From Chloroflexia bacterium (lineage in GTDB: Bacteria; Chloroflexota; Chloroflexia; Thermomicrobiales; UBA6265): DNA of 45,229 nucleotides. The stretch lies in assembly GCA_013694885.1 (NCBI GenBank), contig JACDBO010000094.1, forward strand, positions 1 to 45,229, given 5' to 3'. Positions 1 through 9,001 of this stretch are shown here, one piece after another. Position 1 is the first letter of the stretch. The number at the start of each line of letters is the position of its first letter. A program made the translations under genes and the position numbers. The notes below the pieces were generated by a model, which was not told the DNA's origin, did no database searches, and worked only from the letters and a program-made list of their open reading frames with translations.

Positions 1-67
1 GACCGGGGCACGCCTCCGGTTAGTCGCCCCGCGCCGAAAGACACCGGCAGGCCCGCAGTGACCGGCG

Positions 68-249
68 CTATCCCGCAAGGGCGTACACCTTTGCCTCCCA
101 CGGGTAGAGCGGCTCCCGTCCCACCCATGCAGCCGTGATGTCGCGATCCTGGGTAACCTCCCGCCAGCGCTGTTCCGGCGGCGTGGCTGGCCAGCCAGGC
201 ACAACGTATTCTGCGGACGTAGACCCGGGATCAGGCATCCCCCAGTCTG
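68..249 (-). pseudogene. 3' fragment of an unidentified ORF, cut off at the IS left end
   Basis: The minus-strand frame (..DWGMPDPGSTSAEYVVPGWPATPPEQRWREVTQDRDITAAWVGREPLYPWEAKVYALAG*) is open from the IS boundary to TAG at 68-70. The first 15 residues of track ORF 68..295 lie inside the IS and are not native. I recognise no family. It may not be coding at all in this high-GC DNA. Confidence 0.2.
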
Positions 250-267
250 AGAAAGTGTGTGTAAAGG
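250..267 (+). repeat. IS left terminal inverted repeat
   Basis: AGAAAGTGTGTGTAAAGG is an exact reverse complement of 1077-1094. Confidence 0.9.
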
Positions 268-276
268 GGTGATGCG

Positions 277-1076
277 ATGTGCTTGCGCATGACACGCAAA
301 GCCTACCCCACCGATCTGACCGACACGCAATGGACGCTGCTCGAACCGTTACTGCCGCCCGCCACCCCCGGTGGCCGGCCCCGCTCTGTCGATCTGCGCG
401 AGATCGTCAACGCCCTGATGTATTTGTTGCGGACTGGCTGTCCGTGGCGCAGCCTGCCGCACGACTTGCCCCCGTGGAGCACGGTCTGGACCTACTTCCC
501 GCGCTGGCGCGACGATGGCACCCTCGCCCGACTCCACGACCAGTTGCGCGACCAGACCCGGCTCGCCGCCGGGCGCGATCCGCAGCCGAGTGCCGGGTGT
601 CTGGACAGCCAGACGGTCAAGACGGCCGAAAAAGGGGGCCGCGTGGCTACGATGCTGGCAAGAAAGTTCAAGGGCGCAAGCGCCACCTTATCGTCGATAC
701 CTTGGGACTGATGCATGGGCTTGCCGTGCATCCGGCCAATGTGCAAGACCGCGACGGGGCCAAGCTGCTGCTGGAACCGCTGATCGGTAAACTGCCTCGC
801 CTGGAGCGCCTCTGGGCGGACGGCGGCTACGGTGGGCACCTGGTCGAGTGGGTCGCCGAGCACTGTGGATGGACGTTGGAGATCGTCTCCAAAGACCCCG
901 CGACCACGGGCTTCCGGGTGGTGCCCAAGCGCTGGATCGTCGAGCGCACGTTTTCTTGGCTGGGCAAGTGCCGCCGACTGAGCAAGGACTATGAGCATCT
1001 CGTGACCAGTTCCGAAGCGATGATCCGCCTGGCGATGATCGGCCTCATGGTGCGGCGCCTCCGCCCCGCCTCATGA
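277..1076 (+). CDS. IS5-family transposase (DUF4096 N-terminal region plus DDE_Tnp_1), split over two frames at an A5G5 tract
   Basis: Frame 1 (277..) gives YPTDLTDTQWTLLEPLLPP..GRPRSVDLREIVNALMYLLRTGCPWRSLPHDLPPW..DSQTVKTAEKGG. The frame of ORF 279..1076 continues with PRGYDAGKKVQGRKRHLIVDTLGL..LWADGGYGG..KRWIVERTFSWLGKCRRLSKDYE. Joining the frames by a -1 shift at GAAAAAGGGGG (628-638) gives the canonical contiguous ..EKGGPRGYDAGKK.. junction. Confidence 0.85.
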
Positions 1077-1094
1077 CCTTTACACACACTTTCT
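1077..1094 (+). repeat. IS right terminal inverted repeat
   Basis: CCTTTACACACACTTTCT is an exact reverse complement of 250-267. Confidence 0.9.
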
Positions 1095-1770
1095 AAGTCT
1101 CCGCACCGAACATGACCACATTGTGCGCACCAGCCGCCGCGACCTCCAGGCCGCGTTTAACGTGCTCCTGGCCACGCACGTCGGCAAAATCGACGCCTGT
1201 CCCGAGGTCGATCTCACTTTCGATATTGTCAGGTACTAGGGGTGAGAGCGGCAGATCGCCGCTCAGGTGATTCACGAGATCAGCCAGCGTGCGCACGGGA
1301 TAGACGTCGATGCCTTCGATCAGCGCGGCCTCGCGGGAGTCCTCCTCCGGGACGAAGGCGCGTCTCAACCCCTTCTCGGCCGCCAACGCAACCATTGAGA
1401 TGATCCCCGGCGTGTGCCGCAGGATGCCGTCGAGCGACAGCTCTCCAACGATTAGCGCGTCGCTGAGATCGGCGAGGATCTGCCCCGACGCGAGGAGGAT
1501 GCCCGTGGCAATCGGAAGGTCATACGTCGGTCCCGCCTTCTTCAGATCGGCCGGCGCGAGATTCACTGTCACTTTGCCGTGCGGAAAACGGCCGCCTGAG
1601 TTTCGGATCGCCGCCCGCACTCGTTCACGACTCTCTTGAACGGCGGCGTCGGGTAGGCCCACTAGAACCATGCCTGGTTGTCCCGACCCAACATCGACTT
1701 CGACTTCGACCAATACGCCGTCGAGTCCGACAACCGCACAGCTGTTAACCTTCGCCAGCACGCCATTCAC
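1093..1770 (-). pseudogene. comM: comM/yifB (Mg-chelatase-like AAA+ competence protein), N-terminal fragment only
   Basis: The 225 aa match the ChlI/YifB N-terminal Lon-protease-like domain (LAKVNSCAVVGLDGVLVEVEVDV..GLPDAAVQESRERVRAAI..VNLAPADLKKAGPTYDLPIA..GELSLDG). The fragment ends ..AHNVVMFGAET*, just where the Walker A GPPGxGKT should begin. The stop codon (1093-1095) is supplied by the IS end. Full-length proteins are about 500 aa. Confidence 0.8.
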
Positions 1771-2008
1771 TCCTCACGTTCGAGCCACCAACGTCCGGCT
1801 GCACGCGGACGCTGCTCCCGACTTGGTGGCGATCATGACGCCTTAGCCGCCAGGTCACCTGATCGGCAATCTACCATGCCGGGAGCGCTTGACGAACAGT
1901 GAACGAACTCTCCACAACGGATATTCTGTTGGGTTCTCAGCCGCACTCATGGACTATCCTCAGTAACGGAGTCTGGATGTCACGGGTGAGCGCAAGCGAG
2001 GTCACGCA

Positions 2009-2440
2009 ATGGTCTCCATGATAGATGACGAAACAGGAGGAAGCGTCGACCTGCCACGTCGACCTGCGATGCGGTTCCGCAGGGCCGCGATGCGCTCGCT
2101 TTCACGCCGTTGCCCGTACTGCGGCGCGCCTGGAATCTTTGCGTCCTGGTTCAGTCTGAAGAAGCGTTGCCCCGCTTGCCGGACGCTCTTCGCCTACGAA
2201 GACGGCTATTTTCTGGGCGCCTACGCCGTAAACCTGGTGACGACCGAACTGCTGGCGTTCGGACTGGTCGTCTGGTTTTTAGTTGCAACGGACCTAAGCG
2301 TGCTGCACTTGCAGATCATCGGCGTCACGCTCGCGGTCGCCCTCCCGATCATCCTCTTTCCGGTTGCACTAAGCCTTTGGATGGCGCTCGACCTCGCACT
2401 TCATCCGCCCGGCCAGGGTTCCGGCCGGCCACGAACGTGA
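2009..2440 (+). CDS. DUF983-family zinc-ribbon membrane protein
   Basis: CPYCG..x17..CPAC zinc ribbon followed by two hydrophobic helices (GAYAVNLVTTELLAFGLVVWFLV; IIGVTLAVALPIILFPVALSLWMAL). About 140 aa. Confidence 0.6.
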   Translation: MVSMIDDETGGSVDLPRRPAMRFRRAAMRSLSRRCPYCGAPGIFASWFSLKKRCPACRTLFAYEDGYFLGAYAVNLVTTELLAFGLVVWFLVATDLSVLHLQIIGVTLAVALPIILFPVALSLWMALDLALHPPGQGSGRPRT

Positions 2441-2566
2441 CGAGGAACGCGCTTGTGTGCTGAATCACACGCGTGGTACACATGAGACAGTGCGGCGGCG
2501 ACGGCGGCGGTGCGCTATGAGATCGCAACTTCTTTGCACCTCGGGCACGGAAAGTTCTTCGCCTTG

Positions 2567-3460
2567 ATGGGTACTCCCCGCTCGCTGATCGAAAGTGACA
2601 ATCGCCTCAAACTCGCCATCCAGCGCTCTGGTCGATTGACCGAAGATTCGCTCGACCTCCTCCGGCACATCGGTCTCGGATTCGAAAGTTATGGCCAACG
2701 TCTCTTCTCGCATTGCCGCAATTTTCCACTTTCGATCTTGTACGCACGCGACGATGATATCCCGGACTATGTGGGGCTCGGCACCGTCGACCTGGGTATC
2801 GTCGGCCGCAACCTAATCCACGAGCAGGACATTCCGGTCGTCGAGTTGGAGGCGCTTGGATTTGGCTACTGCTCATTGGTGGTTGCCGTGCTTCGGGATT
2901 CGCGCATCTCGACGGTCGAGCAATTGCTGAGGGCAAAAATCGCCACGTCATACCCTGGCTCCGCCCGCAGGTTCTTTGAGTCCATGGGTGGCGAACCGGA
3001 GATCATCACGATCAGCGGCTCGGTGGAGGTAGCGCCCACGCTCGGGATGGCGGACGCCATCGTGGAGCTGACGGCTACCGGCTCGTCGTTGCAACTCAAC
3101 GACCTGCATCCAATCCATACGATACTGGAATCGGAAGCCGTGCTCGTGGCGAATGTCGCGTCGATGAGCGATCCGCAGCGGCGGCAGAACATCGAACGTC
3201 TCTTGTTGCGTATTCGAGCGGTCCACGCCGCCAGTCGTTTCAAGTATGTGATGATGAACGCGCCGGAGAAGCGCCTGCCAGAGATTCTCGGTATCGTGCC
3301 GGGGTTAAAGGCGCCGACCATCGTGCCATTGGCCGATCCGGGCTGGGTGGCAATCCACACCGCGATCGAAGAGGAAGTATTTTGGGAGAAGATTGAGCAG
3401 TTGCGCACAGCGGGAGCACGGGAGATCCTGGTCTCCTCGCTGGAAAAGCTGCTGCTTTAG
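2567..3460 (+). CDS. hisG: ATP phosphoribosyltransferase, long form
   Basis: LKLAIQRSGRLTEDSLDLL..ILYARDDDIPDYVGLGTVDLGIVGRNL.. plus a C-terminal regulatory domain (KYVMMNAPEKRL..VPLADPGWVAIHTAI). I prefer the ATG at 2567 (297 aa) over the track start at 2510. Confidence 0.9.
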   Translation: MGTPRSLIESDNRLKLAIQRSGRLTEDSLDLLRHIGLGFESYGQRLFSHCRNFPLSILYARDDDIPDYVGLGTVDLGIVGRNLIHEQDIPVVELEALGFGYCSLVVAVLRDSRISTVEQLLRAKIATSYPGSARRFFESMGGEPEIITISGSVEVAPTLGMADAIVELTATGSSLQLNDLHPIHTILESEAVLVANVASMSDPQRRQNIERLLLRIRAVHAASRFKYVMMNAPEKRLPEILGIVPGLKAPTIVPLADPGWVAIHTAIEEEVFWEKIEQLRTAGAREILVSSLEKLLL

Positions 3461-3471
3461 TTGCGCGGGGA

Positions 3472-4629
3472 ATGCCGCCCAGTTGGCCCACCATGAACGC
3501 ACGACCCACCATGCCAGCGATCACTGACCTGCTCCGTCCGCACCTCCGTGCGCGGAAGATGTACGCACCGGCAGCCTCGCCGCCGGTCTACACCCGTGCG
3601 GTGCGGCTGGACTGGAACGAATCTCCGTTTCCACCATCGCCGAAAGCGCGGCGCGCGATCGAGACCCATCTGAACGGAAACCGCTATCCCGATTTTCTGC
3701 AAACGGCGCTTCGGGAATCGCTGGGTCGATACATCGATGCGCCGGCGAACCGGATCATCGCTGGCGCCGGTCTCGACGATGTCCTCAACACAATCGCGAT
3801 GATGGTCATTGAGCCGGGCGACGAGGTCATCGTTTCTGAACCCACGTTCGGCGTGTATCGCAGTCTGTTTTCGCTGCACGGAGCGTCGGTGCGCAATGTA
3901 CCGCTCGGGACCCGGCCAGAGTTCGCCTTGGACACCGCCGGCATCCTGGACGCCATCGGTGACCGGACCAAGCTGGTCATCGTCTGCAACCCGAACAACC
4001 CGACTGGAACGCACTTCGCCAGAGAAGACGTTGAGCGGATCGTCGACGAGTCTCTGTGCCTCGTGGCGATCGACGAGGCCTATGCCGAGTTCAGCGGCAG
4101 GTCGCACCGCGACCTGGTCGACAAGTACCAACACGTCGTCATCCTGCGCACGATGAGCAAGTTCGCCGGGTTGGCCGGGTTCCGTGTCGGGTACGGTGTT
4201 TTCCCAGAGATCTTGATGCCTTGGCTGAGAGAGATCGCGCCGCCATTCTTCAACATCTCGGCCGTTGCTGCCGCGGCGGCGATAGCCTCGCTCGAAGATG
4301 TCGAACACCTCCGGGCGAACGTCGCCACCATCATTGAGTGGCGCGAGCACTTGGGCGCGGAGCTGCTGAGCATCGACGGCGTGACGGTGTTTCCGAGCGC
4401 GACGAACTTCTTGTTGGTCCAACTTCCGATGGACGACGCCTCACCAGTGGTCGGCGCGCTGGCGGCGAACAACGTCTTCGTCCGCCACTTCCCTAGTCCG
4501 GCGCTCGGGCTGCGCGACTGCCTGCGCGTGAGCATCGGCACCGCGAAGGAGAACGAGCTTTTCCTGGCTCTTCTCAAAGCGGAATTGGAGCGGAAACGAG
4601 GAGCGAGATCAACGATGGAGCGCGGATGA
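3472..4629 (+). CDS. hisC: histidinol-phosphate aminotransferase
   Basis: Class-II aminotransferase motifs (VRLDWNESPFPPSP, IVCNPNNPTG, ILRTMSKFAGLAGFRVGY) in a his operon context. The start could instead be the ATG at 3493. Confidence 0.9.
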   Translation: MPPSWPTMNARPTMPAITDLLRPHLRARKMYAPAASPPVYTRAVRLDWNESPFPPSPKARRAIETHLNGNRYPDFLQTALRESLGRYIDAPANRIIAGAGLDDVLNTIAMMVIEPGDEVIVSEPTFGVYRSLFSLHGASVRNVPLGTRPEFALDTAGILDAIGDRTKLVIVCNPNNPTGTHFAREDVERIVDESLCLVAIDEAYAEFSGRSHRDLVDKYQHVVILRTMSKFAGLAGFRVGYGVFPEILMPWLREIAPPFFNISAVAAAAAIASLEDVEHLRANVATIIEWREHLGAELLSIDGVTVFPSATNFLLVQLPMDDASPVVGALAANNVFVRHFPSPALGLRDCLRVSIGTAKENELFLALLKAELERKRGARSTMERG

Positions 4630-5243
4630 CGATGCAGACCACGAACGATTCATTCCGCCGCGCGGCAATCGAGCGGGCGACGAACGAAACGAAGGTCGAA
4701 GTCACCCTCGTCCTCGACGGCAGTGGTCGTGTTGCGGTGTCCACCGGGGTCCCGTTTCTCGACCATATGCTCCACGCGCTTGGCCGTCACGGCCGTCTTG
4801 ATCTTGACGTGCGCTGCACCGGCGACTCGGACATGGATCCTCATCACACGGTCGAAGATGTGGGTATCGCGCTCGGCCTAGCCCTGCGTGAGGCGCTTGC
4901 CGACCGCGCGGGTATCGAGCGCTACGGGCACGCTTATGCGCCTCTCGATGAGGCACTGGCGCGGGTCGTGGTCGATTGCTCGGGCCGGCCATTTCTCCAT
5001 TATGTCGCCGAGATGCCAGAACCGTTCATCGGCGCCGGATTCGCGGCGAGTCTCGTCGAGGAGTTCTGGCGGGCGGTGGCAGTGAACGGCGGCCTGACCA
5101 TGCACATCGATCTGCTGCGGGCGCGAAACGCTCACCACGCCGCCGAGGCGATCTTCAAAGCGGCCGCGGTAGCGCTCCGTGGGGCGATCGCGCGAACCGG
5201 ACTTGAGGGTGATGTACCGTCCACGAAAGGCATGTTGGCATGA
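4626..5243 (+). CDS. hisB: imidazoleglycerol-phosphate dehydratase
   Basis: RETNETKVEV..GVPFLDHMLHAL..DPHHTVEDVGIALG..RNAHHAAEAIFKA. Monofunctional, with no HisB-N phosphatase domain. The ATGA overlaps the hisC stop. Confidence 0.95.
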   Translation: MTMQTTNDSFRRAAIERATNETKVEVTLVLDGSGRVAVSTGVPFLDHMLHALGRHGRLDLDVRCTGDSDMDPHHTVEDVGIALGLALREALADRAGIERYGHAYAPLDEALARVVVDCSGRPFLHYVAEMPEPFIGAGFAASLVEEFWRAVAVNGGLTMHIDLLRARNAHHAAEAIFKAAAVALRGAIARTGLEGDVPSTKGMLA

Positions 5244-5866
5244 TTGCGATTGTTGATTATGGCGCTGGAAACTTGCGTTCGATCAAACGTGCCATCGAAG
5301 CTGGCGGAGCACGCGCGGAAATCACCGCCGATCCCGCGCGAGTGCGTGGCGCGCAGCGCGTCGTACTGCCCGGCGTGGGTGCGGCTGGGGCGGCGATGGA
5401 ACGGCTGTCGGAATCCGGAATGGATGGTGCGGTGAAAGAGGTCGCGGAAAGTGGTCGCCCGCTCCTGGGCATCTGTTTGGGGATGCAACTGCTCTTCGAT
5501 CACCAGGAGGAGGGACCTACCCGCGGGTTGAACCTGCTCGGCGGTGAGGTGCGCGCCTTGCCGCCGGAGCGCAAAGTCCCACACATGGGCTGGAACCGGG
5601 TTGAGTTCCGATCGCCATCGCCGCTCGGCAGCGCGGGCGACGGCCCCTATTTCTACTTCGTTCACTCCTACTACGCTCATGTCGAACGACCCTCCGACAT
5701 CGCGGCGGTTACTTCCTATGGATTGTCGTTCCCGAGCGTTATCGTTCGAGACAACATTTGGGGAACCCAGTTTCACCCGGAGAAGAGCGGGGAGGGCGGG
5801 CTTGCCTTGATCCGCGCGTGGCTGCGTTCGGGTGAGGACGATTCCGTTGACCAGGCCCGGCCGTGA
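5240..5866 (+). CDS. hisH: imidazole glycerol phosphate synthase, glutaminase subunit
   Basis: IAIVDYGAGNLRS..LPGVGA..LGICLGMQLL..VPHMGWN..FYFVHSY..GTQFHPEKS. Confidence 0.95.
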   Translation: MIAIVDYGAGNLRSIKRAIEAGGARAEITADPARVRGAQRVVLPGVGAAGAAMERLSESGMDGAVKEVAESGRPLLGICLGMQLLFDHQEEGPTRGLNLLGGEVRALPPERKVPHMGWNRVEFRSPSPLGSAGDGPYFYFVHSYYAHVERPSDIAAVTSYGLSFPSVIVRDNIWGTQFHPEKSGEGGLALIRAWLRSGEDDSVDQARP

Positions 5867-6591
5867 TCCTCTATCCCGCCATCGACATTCGCGACGGCAA
5901 GGCTGTGCGCTTGCGTGAGGGAGACTTCGCGCGCGAAACGGTCTTCGACGCCGATCCAGTCGACGCTGCGAAACGGTGGGTGGCAGCCGGCGCGAGCTGG
6001 CTCCACATCGTCGATCTGGACGGCGCCCGATCCGGTCGACCTGTGAACACCGACGCTGTTCGTCGCATCCGTGAGGCCGTCCCTGTGCGTCTGCAACTCG
6101 GCGGTGGGTTGCGAACGATGAGGCAGATCAACGCCGCCGCGACACTCGGCATCGACCGACTCGTTCTCGGTTCCGCGGCACTCCGTTCGTCATCGCTCGT
6201 CTCCGATGCGGTAGCTCGGCATGGTGAGGGAATTGCGGTTTCCCTCGACGCGCGAGACGGCAAGCTAGCCTCGGATGGTTGGATGGAACAGACGGAGATT
6301 CCCGTGGTCGAGGCCGCTCAGCGTCTCGCCACGGCGGGTGTGCGCACGCTCATCTTCACCGACATACGCCGTGATGGACTGCTGCGTGGTCCGAACGTTT
6401 CCGCCCTGACGGAGCTGATCGCCGCCGTCGATGCGTCCGTCATCGCCTCCGGTGGTGTCGGCACGGCGGCGGATTTATGCGCGGTGCGTGACGCGGGTGT
6501 CGCCGGTGTGATCATCGGACGGGCACTCTATGATGGTCACGTCGATCTGCGGCAGGCGTTGACACTTGCCGCCGGAGAGAACACCGCATGA
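5863..6591 (+). CDS. hisA: ProFAR isomerase
   Basis: [56 protein letters not shown]. The GTGA overlaps the hisH stop. Confidence 0.95.
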   Translation: MILYPAIDIRDGKAVRLREGDFARETVFDADPVDAAKRWVAAGASWLHIVDLDGARSGRPVNTDAVRRIREAVPVRLQLGGGLRTMRQINAAATLGIDRLVLGSAALRSSSLVSDAVARHGEGIAVSLDARDGKLASDGWMEQTEIPVVEAAQRLATAGVRTLIFTDIRRDGLLRGPNVSALTELIAAVDASVIASGGVGTAADLCAVRDAGVAGVIIGRALYDGHVDLRQALTLAAGENTA

Positions 6592-7430
6592 CCGAATCTT
6601 CCCTCGAAGCATCGCTGAACTCGACCACCGTCAAAGGTGATCGAAGTGACCTCTGTGTCCGCGTGATTCCTTGCCTCGATGTGACGGATGGACGCGTCGT
6701 TAAGGGAGTGAAGTTCGTCAACCTGCGTGACGCTGGCGACCCGGTGGAGATGGCCGCCGTTTACAATCGAGAAGGCGCCGATGAACTCGTGTTCCTCGAT
6801 ATCACCGCCAGTTCGGACAGCCGGGCGACGATGATCGATGTCGTGCGGCGCACCGCCGATCAGGTCTTCATACCTCTCACCGTCGGCGGCGGTGTGCGAA
6901 CGGTCGAGGACATCCGTTCCCTCCTTTCCGCGGGAGCGGATAAGGTGTCCATCAACACAGCGGCGCTCTCCGATCCCGCGCTCATTACCGAAGGAGCGCG
7001 GATATTCGGCCAGCAATGCATCGTGGTTGCGATCGACGCCCGTCAGTCTCAGGAAGGTGGGACCTGGGAGGTCTTCACCCATGGCGGGCGCCGTTCAACC
7101 GGCCGAGATGTGGTTGCCTGGGCAAAGGAAGCGGAGGAACGCGGCGCTGGCGAGTTTCTGGTCACGAGCATGGATCGGGACGGCACTGAACGTGGCTATG
7201 ATCTGGACCTGCTGAATGCGCTCGGTCGCGCGGTCCGTGTTCCGGTGATCGCCTCCGGGGGTGCCGGCAACCTCGACGACCTTGTGGAAGCGCTCCAGCC
7301 CGGACGCGTCGACGCTGTGCTCGCGGCGTCAATCTTTCACTTCGGCACCTACCGCATTGCCGAAGCCAAAGCTCACCTCGCCGCCCACGGTCTGCCGGTG
7401 CGTCCGGTATCCAGCGACGAGCGGCGGTGA
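6588..7430 (+). CDS. hisF: imidazole glycerol phosphate synthase, cyclase subunit
   Basis: [72 protein letters not shown]. It has an N-terminal extension of about 25 aa if the ATGA-coupled start at 6588 is used. Confidence 0.95.
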   Translation: MTESSLEASLNSTTVKGDRSDLCVRVIPCLDVTDGRVVKGVKFVNLRDAGDPVEMAAVYNREGADELVFLDITASSDSRATMIDVVRRTADQVFIPLTVGGGVRTVEDIRSLLSAGADKVSINTAALSDPALITEGARIFGQQCIVVAIDARQSQEGGTWEVFTHGGRRSTGRDVVAWAKEAEERGAGEFLVTSMDRDGTERGYDLDLLNALGRAVRVPVIASGGAGNLDDLVEALQPGRVDAVLAASIFHFGTYRIAEAKAHLAAHGLPVRPVSSDERR

Positions 7431-8398
7431 CGGACATGACCGAAAAAACTCAGCCGCCGATCTCTTTTGGCCCCGAAGGACTCGCGCCAGTCGTCATCCG
7501 CGATGCCGAGTCTGGCGACGTGCTGATGGTCGCGTTCATGAATGAGGCGGCCTACTTCCGGACCCAATCGACGGGGCTCGTGCATTTCTGGAGCCGTTCG
7601 CGCAACCGTCTCTGGCAGAAAGGTGAAACGTCGGGCCATATCCAGCGGGTGCGCGACATCTTCGTTAACTGCGACGCCAACAGCTTGCTGATCGACGTGG
7701 ACCAGGTCGGCGCCGTCTGTCACGATGGCTACGCAACCTGCTTCTACCGTCGGCTAGAACCGGATGAGTCGCTAACGACTATCCGGGAGCGCTGGTTTGA
7801 CCCCGCCGATGTATATGGCGACACGGAAACGCTCGGGATCGCGACCTTGACCCGTCAACAGATGGGCGCCTATGCCTATCTCCGCGCCCAAGATCTCACC
7901 GCGGTGTCTACCACTTCACGACTTCTGCGTCTGCCCGAGGGCAACGTCAACGCGCGTCTCGGCGATGAGCTGGACGAACTCGCTGGTGCATTGGCCGGCA
8001 CGCACCGTCACATCGATCAAGAGGCCGATGTAGCGCTCGAAGCCGCGCAGTCACTCTACTGGCTGCTGCTCACCTGTGTTCGCGACGGAGTGAGCTGGGA
8101 AGCGCTGCGGCCCGATCGTGCGCTCGATGTTGCCGCATCGAATGAGCGCATGGACGAAGAACTCCTCGCTCGCCTGCTACGCGAAACGGCGCGGCAATGG
8201 CGCGTTCGTCACGACACTCCAGATTCCGCAAACACACCGATCACGGCGGCGGGACATGCGACGCTTCACCTCGTTGCTCAGGCTTGCGTTGCGGTGGGCA
8301 TCGAGCCGCGAGACATCGTCCGCGACGACCTTGCGGAACTCCGCCGACGGCCATACCTCGAACCCTACTTCGCATCGCTTGCCGACGCGCGCACCTGA
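7427..8398 (+). CDS. hisIE: phosphoribosyl-AMP cyclohydrolase fused to a long HisE-like (MazG-type all-alpha) C-terminal region
   Basis: The N-terminal HisI core reads [49 protein letters not shown] HisE-like segment follows ([39 protein letters not shown]), then about 90 further residues. The total is 323 aa, against roughly 200-215 aa for typical HisIE. A GTGA-coupled start is at 7427, with an in-frame ATG at 7436. Confidence 0.8.
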   Translation: MTDMTEKTQPPISFGPEGLAPVVIRDAESGDVLMVAFMNEAAYFRTQSTGLVHFWSRSRNRLWQKGETSGHIQRVRDIFVNCDANSLLIDVDQVGAVCHDGYATCFYRRLEPDESLTTIRERWFDPADVYGDTETLGIATLTRQQMGAYAYLRAQDLTAVSTTSRLLRLPEGNVNARLGDELDELAGALAGTHRHIDQEADVALEAAQSLYWLLLTCVRDGVSWEALRPDRALDVAASNERMDEELLARLLRETARQWRVRHDTPDSANTPITAAGHATLHLVAQACVAVGIEPRDIVRDDLAELRRRPYLEPYFASLADART

Positions 8399-8997
8399 TC
8401 GACGGTCGGCTGACGCAGTGTCGCCATCAGGGCCACAATGGCCAGTGCGGCAAAGAGGGCGGCAACTGTCGTCGCTCCGATGCGGAGCCAACGCTCAGTG
8501 GAGGCTGGCGCTGGCGTCGAAGGCTGATCAATCACCTGGACGGTGGCCTGTTCTGAGCCGGGCGTAACCAGGTAGGCATTGACCGCGTCAGGGATTGCCG
8601 CCGCCGCTGCGTCGGCGATGGCTCGCGCCGCGCTCAAATCGGCATGGGTCACGGTCACGGTCAACACCCGACTGTAACGGGACCCGGAGAGCGCACGTTT
8701 GACTTCGTCGCGGTCGACCACGACTGAAACGCCGGCTGCCGTCAATTGGTCCAGCGTCGCCTGTGCGAACACGTCGGAGTTCACCAGGATCGGGAGATCG
8801 TCGAGGACCATCAACTCCGGTCGCTCGGCGCTTCCGGTGTCTTCTGTGTCGCCGGGGATCAGCACGGTCGCCCGGAACTCGGTAGTGTATGGGGCTGAAG
8901 GTGTCAAGACCACTCCTCCAACCGCCACCACGAGCGGCAGCCCTATCACCAACCACCACCATCGCCTGAGCGCGGCGGCAAAAATCACGACATCCAT
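8365..8997 (-). CDS. polysaccharide co-polymerase / chain-length determinant (Wzz-like) protein
   Basis: PCP topology, with an N-terminal TM (RRWWWLVIGLPLVVAVGGVVL), a periplasmic/extracellular middle and a C-terminal TM (WLRIGATTVAALFAALAIVALMATL). It lies immediately downstream of the priming sugar transferase. I chose the ATG at 8997; the track ORF from 9117 would overlap the upstream gene. Confidence 0.55.
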   Translation of the reverse strand: MDVVIFAAALRRWWWLVIGLPLVVAVGGVVLTPSAPYTTEFRATVLIPGDTEDTGSAERPELMVLDDLPILVNSDVFAQATLDQLTAAGVSVVVDRDEVKRALSGSRYSRVLTVTVTHADLSAARAIADAAAAAIPDAVNAYLVTPGSEQATVQVIDQPSTPAPASTERWLRIGATTVAALFAALAIVALMATLRQPTVDQVRASASDAK

Positions 8998-9001
8998 CCC
9001 A

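Larger units (their letters stand above)
249..1095 (+). mobile_element. IS5-family insertion sequence (IS427/IS1031-like), about 845 bp
   Basis: Perfect 18-bp terminal inverted repeats (AGAAAGTGTGTGTAAAGG at 250-267; its reverse complement at 1077-1094) bracket a two-frame DDE transposase. The transposase stop (1074-1076) directly abuts the right IR. AGTCT occurs one nt outside each IR (244-248 and 1096-1100). Confidence 0.9.

Noticed and set aside
279-1076. 265-aa single ORF spanning the whole IS
   Set aside because: Its first ~120 residues are Arg/Ala/Pro-rich and unrelated to any transposase family. The genuine N-terminal half is in the 277..711 frame. Only the part after about 636 is real coding in this frame.
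244-1100. AGTCT at 244-248 and 1096-1100 as a bona fide 5-bp target-site duplication proving a simple insertion
   Set aside because: Removing the IS and one copy does not regenerate a comM reading frame. Also, 5 bp is not the usual duplication size for IS427/IS1031-type elements (2-4 bp). I kept it as an ambiguity inside finding 1 rather than as a feature.
2441-2566. Possible T-box or attenuator leader upstream of hisG (imperfect hairpin CGCTTGTGTG-CTGAAT-CACACGCG)
   Set aside because: The region is only about 125 nt, has no specifier/T-box consensus and no His-codon-rich leader peptide. The hairpin has a 2-nt bulge in the stem and is not followed by a U-tract.
3457-4422. 321-aa minus-strand ORF antisense to hisC
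   Set aside because: It is Arg/Asp/Val-rich with no motifs and is fully embedded opposite a gene with clear aminotransferase signatures. This is a typical high-GC antisense open frame.
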